Source: an uncultured Bacilli bacterium (GTDB taxonomy: Bacteria > Bacillota_I > Bacilli_A > RF39 > UBA660). From it: a stretch of DNA of 61,355 bases. The notes beneath the pieces are model-generated. The model was not told the origin of the DNA. It was given only the letters and a program-made list of their open reading frames with translations, and did no database searches. Every line of letters starts with the position of its first letter. The stretch's first letter is position 1. The stretch is from NCBI GenBank assembly GCA_947629035.1, contig CANRCE010000003.1, positions 1 to 61,355 of the forward strand, written 5' to 3'. A program made the position numbers and the translations under genes. Shown piece by piece: positions 34,489-41,767 of the stretch.

Positions 34489-34805
34489 AGTGTCTTTTAT
34501 GTTAAGTTATCATTTATATTAATAGACAATAAAGGCGGAAGGAAATAAATATAATAATGGTAATATTATTAATGTATATAATTAATTAGCATATAAAGCT
34601 AACTATATTAACTATATGTATATGTATATATTAATAAATAAATAATAATTATTATTTTAGCTACCATCTAATATACCACCTCCTCCCTTAAAGCCTTGCT
34701 AATAGCCATTACTCGCCGCTTAGTATGGTGCAAAAGGTACGGTTATAGCGCGAACTGGCGTGTCGTTGGGGGACCATTAATTTAACTTTTTGCCATAAAA
34801 TCCAA

Positions 34806-35208
34806 AAATGCGAACAAGCCGGAGAAAACTCCGATTCGGTGTTAACGCGCCCCAATGTTCACTCCAAATCAAAAATACCGGGGGTGGAATTCTCTGGTTA
34901 AAGCGTCGATATAAGTCAAAACAGGCTTGCTTATTGCAAACCGTAAATGCGAAACATCGGAGAAATCCTTGCGAAAGTGTTACTGCGCCCCAGTGTTCGA
35001 TTAAAAAGTAACGGGTCTAAAACTGGGGCAGATGTCAATCCATAATATTTTAGATAATGATTTTTAGTAAAATCGACTAAAAATATCGTGAATTTTAGAG
35101 AAAAATTACTTTGAAAACAGGAATTCTTACTTTGAAAACAGGAATTGGCGGTGAAAAAGATACAAGGAAAACTGGAGAAGAGTGTTATCTCGCCCCAGTG
35201 TTCACTCC
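34806..35208 (+). repeat. three imperfect direct repeats (about 40-60 nt) with the GC-rich core CGCCCCA(A/G)TGTTC
   Basis: Copy A at 34806-34865, copy B at 34945-35002, copy C at 35172-35208. Cores at 34848, 34986 and 35191. Local GC is far above the window background. Confidence 0.8.
35106..35146 (+). repeat. tandem 20-mer TTACTTTGAAAACAGGAATT x2 (21-nt period)
   Basis: Copies at 35106-35125 and 35127-35146. An inverted copy lies at 35259-35276. Confidence 0.9.
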
Positions 35209-35257
35209 GCTGACGAAATCTAATAATTATGGTTATTTTATCTAATATTATGAACTA

Positions 35258-35282
35258 AAATTCCTGTTTTCAAAGTCAATCA
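35258..35282 (+). repeat. 25-nt exact repeat AAATTCCTGTTTTCAAAGTCAATCA (intergenic copy)
   Basis: Identical to 3999-4023. Forms an inverted repeat with 35106-35146. Confidence 0.9.
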
Positions 35283-35429
35283 TATATAATATATAAATAT
35301 ATTAATAACTAATATTAACATATTATTTATTTATATTTATATCTTAAATACTAATAATAAATATTAGTATAAGAAGTTTTGTTGCAAAACTAACGGTATG
35401 AATGTTTTGTTTATATTATGTAAATTAAA

Positions 35430-35447
35430 AAGGTATTATTTATTAGT
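35430..35447 (+). repeat. 18-nt exact repeat AAGGTATTATTTATTAGT
   Basis: Identical to 2874-2891, which is the 5-prime arm of the 2873 terminator. Confidence 0.85.
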
Positions 35448-35524
35448 GTATTTAAAAATTTCGTCTGCCCCACCACCCCTGTCGCCTGTATTATATAGTG
35501 AGGAAGGAAATAGAGGTGATTTTG

Positions 35525-35746
35525 ATGAAGTTGAGTGGTGAGGATGTTATCGAGTATACTTTTAGAGATGTTAATGATAATGAACTTAAAGTTGCATTTA
35601 ATTTAGTTTCTATTGAAGGTAGTACTCCTAATTTCTATCAACATATTAGAGAAGCATTTAAAAATGTTGATTGTTTTGATATTGAACATTGTCAAATTGT
35701 TGAAAGAAAATTGATTACTAATGTTATTAACTATAAAGAAGATTAA
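35525..35746 (+). CDS. hypothetical protein (73 aa)
   Basis: ATG at 35525 follows GAGGTG and is preferred over the tracked GTG at 35498. Confidence 0.5.
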   Translation: MKLSGEDVIEYTFRDVNDNELKVAFNLVSIEGSTPNFYQHIREAFKNVDCFDIEHCQIVERKLITNVINYKED

Positions 35747-35766
35747 TTTTTCTTTTTATTTAGGTA

Positions 35767-35795
35767 TTGACTTTTTATATAATATATTATATAAT
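35767..35795 (+). promoter_or_regulatory. sigma-A-type early promoter cassette
   Basis: GGTATTGACT, 17-nt spacer, TATAAT at 35790-35795. Confidence 0.7.
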
Positions 35796-35830
35796 ATTTA
35801 TATAAATAAAAAAGATAGGAGGTTAGTACA

Positions 35831-35983
35831 TTGACATTAGAGAAATTGATTAAAGACGGTAAACCGATTGAAACAAATTATAATGATGATTTTATTATTA
35901 GTACTATTTATGAATGTCAGGGTGTTAGGTATTTAGTTGAATTAGATACAGAAACAATGATTAGTCAAATTAAAGAAATTTAA
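35831..35983 (+). CDS. small hypothetical protein (50 aa, TTG start; not in the ORF track)
   Basis: TAGGAGG lies 8 nt upstream of the TTG. Fills the gap between the promoter and ORF 35996. Confidence 0.4.
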   Translation: MTLEKLIKDGKPIETNYNDDFIISTIYECQGVRYLVELDTETMISQIKEI

Positions 35984-35995
35984 TAGGAGGAAGTT

Positions 35996-36409
35996 ATGAG
36001 AGTAAATGTAGGAGATATTGTTTTAGCAGTATATAGAGATTTTAATCAAGAATTAAAAAAGGCATACTTTGTTGTATGCTATCACGAGTGTTATGATATA
36101 CCTACTAGCACTAATTTTACAGCAATTAAGATATCATCAGAAGAAAGAGGTTATGGAATTTTATTACAACCTGAATATTTACCTTTTTTGAGTCATAATT
36201 CTTATCTTAATTGTAATATTCAATTTACTTTTAGAGAAAGTGAAGTTTTAAAGGTAATGGGACATTTAACTCCTTATTATCTAAATAAACTTTTACAACA
36301 AACAAAGAATTATAATAATAAAATGAGTAAACAAATAACAGAAATGATAGGCGAACATAATTTATTCAAAGATTTTAGTAAACCACAAAGAGTTGAGGAA
36401 GAGAATTAG
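35996..36409 (+). CDS. hypothetical protein (137 aa)
   Basis: AGGAGG RBS. The N-terminal VGDIVLAVY is SH3- or MazF-like, but this is too weak to call. Confidence 0.5.
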   Translation: MRVNVGDIVLAVYRDFNQELKKAYFVVCYHECYDIPTSTNFTAIKISSEERGYGILLQPEYLPFLSHNSYLNCNIQFTFRESEVLKVMGHLTPYYLNKLLQQTKNYNNKMSKQITEMIGEHNLFKDFSKPQRVEEEN

Positions 36410-36425
36410 AAAGGAAGTTATAGTA

Positions 36426-36851
36426 ATGAGTAATTATAATTTAGCAAGAAAGTTTGTTAAAGAGAAAGCAAAGTATTTAGCAAGAATACAAGTAAGAGAC
36501 CAAGGTGTACTAAGAAGAAAGTTAGTTAATACATTAATTGATTATACAATTGAAAGATATGATTTAACAGCAATTGAAGGTTTGAAATTAACAAAAGTAG
36601 TTAACTTGATAGTTTTATCGAATTTAGGAGATTTTAAAACAAGTAATCCTGATTATAAAAATTTACCAAAGGATTGGGCCTATGTTATTAAACAAAGACC
36701 TAGATTATATAGTTTGAAACAATTAACACCTGTTGAAATTACTTATCATAGAAATTATTGTAGTATTGAAGATGGTTGTAGATTTGGACCAAGAGAAACT
36801 TGTCCTGTTGCTAAAGGTTGGCTATCTCCTGTAGAAAGGAAAAAGAAATGA
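36426..36851 (+). CDS. hypothetical protein (141 aa)
   Basis: ATG at 36426 follows AAAGGAAG and is preferred over the tracked TTG at 36393. Confidence 0.5.
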   Translation: MSNYNLARKFVKEKAKYLARIQVRDQGVLRRKLVNTLIDYTIERYDLTAIEGLKLTKVVNLIVLSNLGDFKTSNPDYKNLPKDWAYVIKQRPRLYSLKQLTPVEITYHRNYCSIEDGCRFGPRETCPVAKGWLSPVERKKK

Positions 36852-37375
36852 ATAAGGAAGCTTTACTTAAAAAGTTGTTAAAACTTAGTGAACAAGGTAT
36901 AGGTGGTGAAAAAGAAAACGCTGAAGCCTTATTAAATAAGTTGTTAAAGAAATATGAAATAAATATAGAAGATATTTCAGAAGAAGAAAAGCCAAAACAA
37001 AGAGATATTTGGTATGAAAATGATTATGAATTAAGATTGTTAAATCAATTATACTATGCTTGGTTTCCAAAAAGAGATAGTTGGAATTATACAAATAAAA
37101 GATATAAGAAAGCAAGACACACAATGATATTAGAACTAACAGATGCTGAACTTATTCAGTTTGAATATGCTTATGAAATATTAAAAGAGAATTGGTATAA
37201 GGAAGTTGATTTATTTTATCACGCCTTTATACAGAAGAATAATATATTTCCTAAGGAGGAAGATGCATTAGATTTACCTAGTGACAATAAAAAAGTTGAT
37301 ATGAAAGATTTAATTAAAATGGAGTCATACGCTAGAGGTATTGATACTGTAGCTATTAGACAAGCAATAGAATAA
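36848..37375 (+). CDS. hypothetical protein; the N-terminus resembles DUF2786
   Basis: LLKLSEQGIGGEKENAEALLNKLLKKYEI resembles the DUF2786 helical motif. ATGA overlap with the upstream gene. Confidence 0.45.
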   Translation: MNKEALLKKLLKLSEQGIGGEKENAEALLNKLLKKYEINIEDISEEEKPKQRDIWYENDYELRLLNQLYYAWFPKRDSWNYTNKRYKKARHTMILELTDAELIQFEYAYEILKENWYKEVDLFYHAFIQKNNIFPKEEDALDLPSDNKKVDMKDLIKMESYARGIDTVAIRQAIE

Positions 37376-37376
37376 C

Positions 37377-37400
37377 TGTATTAATTAATGAAGGAGGAGA
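37377..37400 (+). promoter_or_regulatory. TGTATTA box
   Basis: AACTGTATTAATTAATGAAGGAGGAG. Confidence 0.4.
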
Positions 37401-37408
37401 ATAAAGTT

Positions 37409-37684
37409 ATGAAATGTTGTATATGTGGAGAACAAATAGAGGAAGTATTTAGCAATAATGCTTTACCAATTAAAGATGGAAGATGTTGCAATACTTGTAA
37501 TGATGTTTATGTCATCCCAGCAAGAATAGCTGAATTAGAAATCATTAATGATGAAAAGAAGGCTATGATTAAGGAACTAAAAAATAAAATAGGTGTTAAT
37601 GATGCAGTAGCTAAGTTAGCATTATCAAAAAATAACTGGGATGTTGAAACTGCATATGAATGGTTAAAAGGAAAAGCATTCTAA
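37409..37684 (+). CDS. zinc-ribbon protein with a C-terminal EF-Ts-N-terminal/UBA-like domain
   Basis: CCICGE...CCNTCND. The C-terminal IKELKNKIGVNDAVAKLALSKNNWDVETAYEWLKGK parallels the EF-Ts N-terminal VKELRERTGAGMMDCKKAL...AIEWLRKKG. Confidence 0.5.
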   Translation: MKCCICGEQIEEVFSNNALPIKDGRCCNTCNDVYVIPARIAELEIINDEKKAMIKELKNKIGVNDAVAKLALSKNNWDVETAYEWLKGKAF

Positions 37685-37694
37685 GGAGGATTGT

Positions 37695-37913
37695 ATGAGT
37701 AAGAATAAATATAATAGATTACAAGGTGCTGAATGGAATTTAGTGAAAGATAATTTCAAATTATTATATGCTTTTATTAATGAACAAGGACATATTAAAG
37801 GAATTTATTCTGATGGCGAAAATAAAATATCTCATTGGATGACTGATGAGGAGAAGATTGAATATTTAGATATGTTAAGAAAGGAGGTTAGCAAGAATGA
37901 AACTAAAATATAA
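37695..37913 (+). CDS. hypothetical protein (72 aa)
   Basis: AAGGAGG RBS. Confidence 0.5.
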   Translation: MSKNKYNRLQGAEWNLVKDNFKLLYAFINEQGHIKGIYSDGENKISHWMTDEEKIEYLDMLRKEVSKNETKI

Positions 37914-38148
37914 TATAGGTGATGAATTTACTTATGTTAATCGTCAAGGTAAACCTACTATAGTAAAGATAATAGGTGTTAAATATCAATTAGATAAACG
38001 GGTAGCAAATTCAACTAGTATGAGTGAAGAAACTATTGAAGATTTAATTGATGAAGGCACATTATTATTAGGACAAGAAGCCTATGAAGATGCTAGAATT
38101 AAAGCATTAGAAGAAGAATTAGGTATTAAATTAAAGAAGGAGGAATAA
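37897..38148 (+). CDS. hypothetical protein (83 aa)
   Basis: AAGGAGG RBS. Confidence 0.5.
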   Translation: MKLKYNIGDEFTYVNRQGKPTIVKIIGVKYQLDKRVANSTSMSEETIEDLIDEGTLLLGQEAYEDARIKALEEELGIKLKKEE

Positions 38149-38149
38149 T

Positions 38150-38392
38150 ATGAATAAGTTTATTAATTATGATGTAGAAACTTTAAAAGTATTATTCGTA
38201 AATGAAGTATTAACAGTTGGTATCTATTCGGGAAAGAATGATAAAGGTCAATTAATAACTTTAACAGTTAATAATAATGGTTTTACTATTAGAACAGCAC
38301 AAGATAACGGGTGGTATAGAGATGATATCTATGAATATATTGATTATACTTGGATATATAGTGAGACTTATCCAGAAAGGTGGAAAGATTAA
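38150..38392 (+). CDS. hypothetical protein (80 aa)
   Basis: GAAGGAGG RBS. Confidence 0.5.
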   Translation: MNKFINYDVETLKVLFVNEVLTVGIYSGKNDKGQLITLTVNNNGFTIRTAQDNGWYRDDIYEYIDYTWIYSETYPERWKD

Positions 38393-38616
38393 TGGAAAGA
38401 AGAGCTGTTGAAATTGATTATAAAGCGGAATATGAAAGATTAAAAGTTATAATCGAACAACTAAGAGAAGACCATAGAAAAGAATTAGTTGATATGGACA
38501 ATCGCCATAGAGACGAAATGGAAAGACAAGAAAATACTTATAAAATTATAATTAAAGAGTTACAAGATGATTTGAAATTTAATAAGAATATTATCAAAGG
38601 TATATTACATTTCTAA
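38392..38616 (+). CDS. hypothetical coiled-coil protein (74 aa)
   Basis: ATG at 38392 (TAATG overlap, AAAGGTGG upstream) is preferred over the tracked GTG at 38380. Confidence 0.5.
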   Translation: MERRAVEIDYKAEYERLKVIIEQLREDHRKELVDMDNRHRDEMERQENTYKIIIKELQDDLKFNKNIIKGILHF

Positions 38617-38626
38617 TATACCTTTT
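38596..38626 (+). terminator. rho-independent terminator overlapping the stop codon
   Basis: AAAGGTATATTA / TAATATACCTTT 12-bp stem followed by T. Confidence 0.7.
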
Positions 38627-38630
38627 CAAC

Positions 38631-38652
38631 TGTATTATATAATGTAGGAGGA
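38631..38652 (+). promoter_or_regulatory. TGTATTA box
   Basis: CAACTGTATTATATAATGTAGGAGG, directly after the terminator. Confidence 0.45.
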
Positions 38653-38660
38653 ATTAATTA

Positions 38661-39308
38661 ATGAACTATTTAATAAAATTAAGTATCTTTTGTTTAGGTG
38701 ATAGCATTACTTATGGTGTTGGCACTACAAAAGGCAGTTATCCTGATTATATTAGAAAAGAATTTACAAAACCTAATAAGTTTCCTATGTTTGATATAGT
38801 TGATGTATTTAATTTAGGTATTCCAGGTAATACCAGCCATGATTTAGCATCTAGAATTTTAGAAGAAGTAAAGAATAGGTTATATAGTTATGACACTACT
38901 TTATCTCAATGTTTCTTTATAATAATGATTGGAAATAATGATTATAGGTTAGCAATTAATAAAGATAGTTATAAAGAAAATCTAATTATTATTATGCAGA
39001 GGCTAAAAAGTATTTTACCTCCAGTAAGATGTAATATACTTTTCATAAATCCTATACCTGATTATAGTAAAGATAAAAGTAGATGCTTTTATGATTTAGC
39101 CGAATACAAAGATGTATTACAAAGAGTAACTACTATGTATAATGTTAATTTAATTGATATACCTTTAAAAGAAGATTGTTATACTGAAGACGGAATACAT
39201 CCTAATGATAAAGGTACTGAAATGATAGCATTTTATGTTAAGAGATATATGGAAGATAAAATTTTAGGAAGGATTGTTATAAATGAACAAGTTAAGAAAG
39301 AAAATTAG
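38661..39308 (+). CDS. SGNH/GDSL-family hydrolase
   Basis: Block I FCLGDSITYG, block III IMIGNNDY, block V DGIHPN. Confidence 0.8.
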   Translation: MNYLIKLSIFCLGDSITYGVGTTKGSYPDYIRKEFTKPNKFPMFDIVDVFNLGIPGNTSHDLASRILEEVKNRLYSYDTTLSQCFFIIMIGNNDYRLAINKDSYKENLIIIMQRLKSILPPVRCNILFINPIPDYSKDKSRCFYDLAEYKDVLQRVTTMYNVNLIDIPLKEDCYTEDGIHPNDKGTEMIAFYVKRYMEDKILGRIVINEQVKKEN

Positions 39309-39456
39309 AGAATTCAAATGTAATACGTTAGATTGGCATAAACCAATACCAACTAGTACATTTGATGGAGTAAATTTAAAGTCAAGATGTAGATATTGTA
39401 ATAAAGTAATATTAAAAGATAGTCAAGGAAATTGGTTCAGCATTAATAGGAGGTAG
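39283..39456 (+). CDS. small hypothetical protein (57 aa; not in the ORF track)
   Basis: ATG at 39283 lies 12 nt after AGGAAGG. Contains CN...CRYC. Fills the gap before ORF 39460. Confidence 0.35.
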   Translation: MNKLRKKIREFKCNTLDWHKPIPTSTFDGVNLKSRCRYCNKVILKDSQGNWFSINRR

Positions 39457-39459
39457 TTT

Positions 39460-40101
39460 ATGGATAAACTAACTGAAAAGTTTATTGAAAGAAAGAAAGA
39501 GAATCCAGACTATCATAAAATAATTAATATAAAGAGGATTAAGAAACGAATAACAATGTTATTAGGGCCAAATGGTACTGGTAAATCTAGGTCTTTACAC
39601 GATATGAAGATTGATTTACAAAATGACCATACTAAATTCGTTGAATATTCAACTAGTAAAGATGATTTAGTAGGAAAGTTTGGTAGTCCTTTTGGTAATT
39701 TTGGAATAGAATGTATAGCGGCCGCTTTTCATTCAGAAGGCGAAAGAATGGTAGAAAGTTTTTATACTTGGATGAATGGTCCATTCTTAAAAGAAGTACT
39801 TTCTACTAAAGAACCATTATATGTATTCATAGATGAAGCAGACTCAGGTTTATCTATAGATAGATTGATAGAAACCTTATCTACTATGATATTTATTAGT
39901 AATGAAGAAGAAAAGAAAGGTAGAGAATTACATTTTATACTAACAGTCAATAGTTATGAAATGTATGAAATACTTAATAAAGCTGGAGCTGAAGCGATTT
40001 GGGTTCCTACAGGTAAAGTAATAAAACCAAAATCTTATGAGGATTTTAAATGGAGGTATGTAGAATATTATGAAGCAATCAGAGAGCAATTTCAAGGTTG
40101 A
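39460..40101 (+). CDS. small ABC/SMC-type P-loop ATPase (213 aa)
   Basis: Walker A LLGPNGTGKS, signature-like HSEGERM, Walker B VFIDEADSGLS. Confidence 0.65.
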   Translation: MDKLTEKFIERKKENPDYHKIINIKRIKKRITMLLGPNGTGKSRSLHDMKIDLQNDHTKFVEYSTSKDDLVGKFGSPFGNFGIECIAAAFHSEGERMVESFYTWMNGPFLKEVLSTKEPLYVFIDEADSGLSIDRLIETLSTMIFISNEEEKKGRELHFILTVNSYEMYEILNKAGAEAIWVPTGKVIKPKSYEDFKWRYVEYYEAIREQFQG

Positions 40102-40489
40102 CGATTTTAAATCAATAAGAAATTATATTCACAATTATTTAGGATTAACTAAAGAAGAAGTCAAGGATATTATTTTAGACGAAGTCAGGAAAATATGTCA
40201 AGAAGAATGTAGAAAAGTATTCAATGATAATGAGTATTTAGAAAACTTAATTAAAAATACTATAAGAAATACCCTTCAACATTGGTATAATGAAGATAAG
40301 AATAATAAAGGTGCATATCAAAGAACAGAATATGTAGTTAATACTATGAATAAGATATATAGCCAAATAGATAAAGAAATCCATCAAATAGTTTGTAGTA
40401 GATTATTAGTAGGACTAAAAGAACCTGATGGAAATCAAGTTTATGGAAATGATGGTAAAGTATATACTACTAATATTAGAGGTGATTAA
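40070..40489 (+). CDS. hypothetical protein (139 aa)
   Basis: Overlaps the upstream gene by 32 nt. GGAGGT lies 13 nt upstream. Confidence 0.45.
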   Translation: MKQSESNFKVDDFKSIRNYIHNYLGLTKEEVKDIILDEVRKICQEECRKVFNDNEYLENLIKNTIRNTLQHWYNEDKNNKGAYQRTEYVVNTMNKIYSQIDKEIHQIVCSRLLVGLKEPDGNQVYGNDGKVYTTNIRGD

Positions 40490-40996
40490 ATGAAATTTAC
40501 TTTTGGTGATATTGTTGTTGTAGAACATAACTTAATAGGTGTAGTTGTTAAATGTTGGAGTGGTGAAGATTACGAATTCACTTATGAAGTATATGTTAGA
40601 GATTGGAATGGTATAAAAACTTATCCTGAAGATGAAATCGAAAGATATATGGTAAGACACAAGGAACTAAATGAAGAAGAAATAACTTACCAAATGGAAG
40701 CATTAAAGAATAAAGACACTAAAGAAGATATAGACTTTAAGATTAAAGTTTTAGATATGATGTCTGATGAAGAAGGATGGTATATCTATACTACTCTTAA
40801 ATTGAAGAAGAAATTCGTAGGCAATTATATTTTAACTGACGACGGATTAAAGAAAATAATAGAAGTTAAAGTTGATAGAGATTATTACAATCAAAAAATG
40901 AATAGAGTAGTAGATGAAGACGGTAATATTTATTTTATTAGTGATATTGATAAGATATTTAGAGAGAGTGAGGTGAATTATGAAGGAGAAAATTAA
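40490..40996 (+). CDS. hypothetical protein (168 aa)
   Basis: AGAGGTG RBS. No motif recognised. Confidence 0.5.
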   Translation: MKFTFGDIVVVEHNLIGVVVKCWSGEDYEFTYEVYVRDWNGIKTYPEDEIERYMVRHKELNEEEITYQMEALKNKDTKEDIDFKIKVLDMMSDEEGWYIYTTLKLKKKFVGNYILTDDGLKKIIEVKVDRDYYNQKMNRVVDEDGNIYFISDIDKIFRESEVNYEGEN

Positions 40997-41264
40997 AAAT
41001 GCTTGGAATACTTATAAATATGACATTTTATGGTCTTCAACTTTATTCTTTATATTAGTTAATATTTTATTATTGATATTTATTTACATAACTAGTGTAA
41101 TGGTTAAAGACATTGTAGCACAATTAGAAGAGTCAAAAGCAACTATTTCAGAATTAGAAGGCGAAAGAAATTATTGGTATATGATTTCAGATGAAATGTC
41201 ACAAGAATTAGATAGATGCTTTTCAAATTACTATTGCCAAGAGGAGGATATAAATGGAAACTAG
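40980..41264 (+). CDS. hypothetical membrane protein (94 aa, one TM helix)
   Basis: SSTLFFILVNILLLIFIYITSV is hydrophobic. RBS GAGGTG. Confidence 0.5.
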   Translation: MKEKIKNAWNTYKYDILWSSTLFFILVNILLLIFIYITSVMVKDIVAQLEESKATISELEGERNYWYMISDEMSQELDRCFSNYYCQEEDINGN

Positions 41265-41736
41265 AAGATTTGAAAAAATAAGTTATGAACAGTTTGAAAA
41301 AGACACAGGTGAGGTATTCACTAAAGAAGATTATGAAAGAATACAAATACCAAAGAGAGCGACTAGCAAGTCAGCAGGATATGATATTAGTGCCGCAAGA
41401 CCTTGCCTAATTGGTCCAGGTAAAACTAAAATGATACCTACCGGATTAAAAGTAGCGATGGAAGATGATGATGTATTTATTTTAGCAGTAAGAAGTAGTA
41501 TCGGTATTAAGAAATTATGTATAATGCCAAATAGTATAGGTGTTATAGATGCTGATTATTACAATAATAAAGATAACGAAGGACACTTTTGGATAGCACT
41601 AACTAATATTAGTGATGAAACATTAGAAATTCAAACAGGAGATAGAATAGCACAAGGAATATTCTTAAAATATAATAAAGTAATAAATGATAATGCAGAA
41701 GGTAATCGTGAGGGAGGATTTGGTTCTACGAACTAA
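41254..41736 (+). CDS. dut: dUTP diphosphatase (dUTPase)
   Basis: Motifs SAGYDI, VRSSIG, GVIDADY and GDRIAQ, plus the C-terminal GGFGSTN. Confidence 0.9.
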   Translation: METRRFEKISYEQFEKDTGEVFTKEDYERIQIPKRATSKSAGYDISAARPCLIGPGKTKMIPTGLKVAMEDDDVFILAVRSSIGIKKLCIMPNSIGVIDADYYNNKDNEGHFWIALTNISDETLEIQTGDRIAQGIFLKYNKVINDNAEGNREGGFGSTN

Positions 41737-41741
41737 TCCTC

Positions 41742-41762
41742 TGTATTAATTATTGGAGGAGA
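41742..41762 (+). promoter_or_regulatory. TGTATTA box
   Basis: CTCTGTATTAATTATTGGAGGAG. Confidence 0.4.
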
Positions 41763-41767
41763 TATAA

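Noticed and set aside
34808-35011. Tracked 67-aa basic ORF in the GC-rich repeat region
   Set aside because: It has no RBS or promoter. It spans two copies of the non-coding repeat. Its composition is unlike every other gene in the window.
34806-35208. CRISPR array or solitary CRISPR-repeat (anti-CRISPR RNA) interpretation of the GC-rich repeats
   Set aside because: There are only three imperfect copies, at irregular spacing (139 and about 205 nt). The units are much longer than CRISPR repeats, and no cas genes are present. Resemblance to a host CRISPR repeat cannot be excluded without a search, so the repeats are kept as a generic finding.
33925-35497. attP/integration site or retron ncRNA in the long non-coding region
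   Set aside because: There is no integrase, recombinase or reverse transcriptase anywhere in the window, and no tRNA-gene fragment is recognisable.
35996-36409. MazF/PemK-like toxin call for ORF 35996, with ORF 35831 as its antitoxin
   Set aside because: The call rests only on an N-terminal VGDIVLAVY-type beta-strand. I could not identify the catalytic or family-specific motifs.
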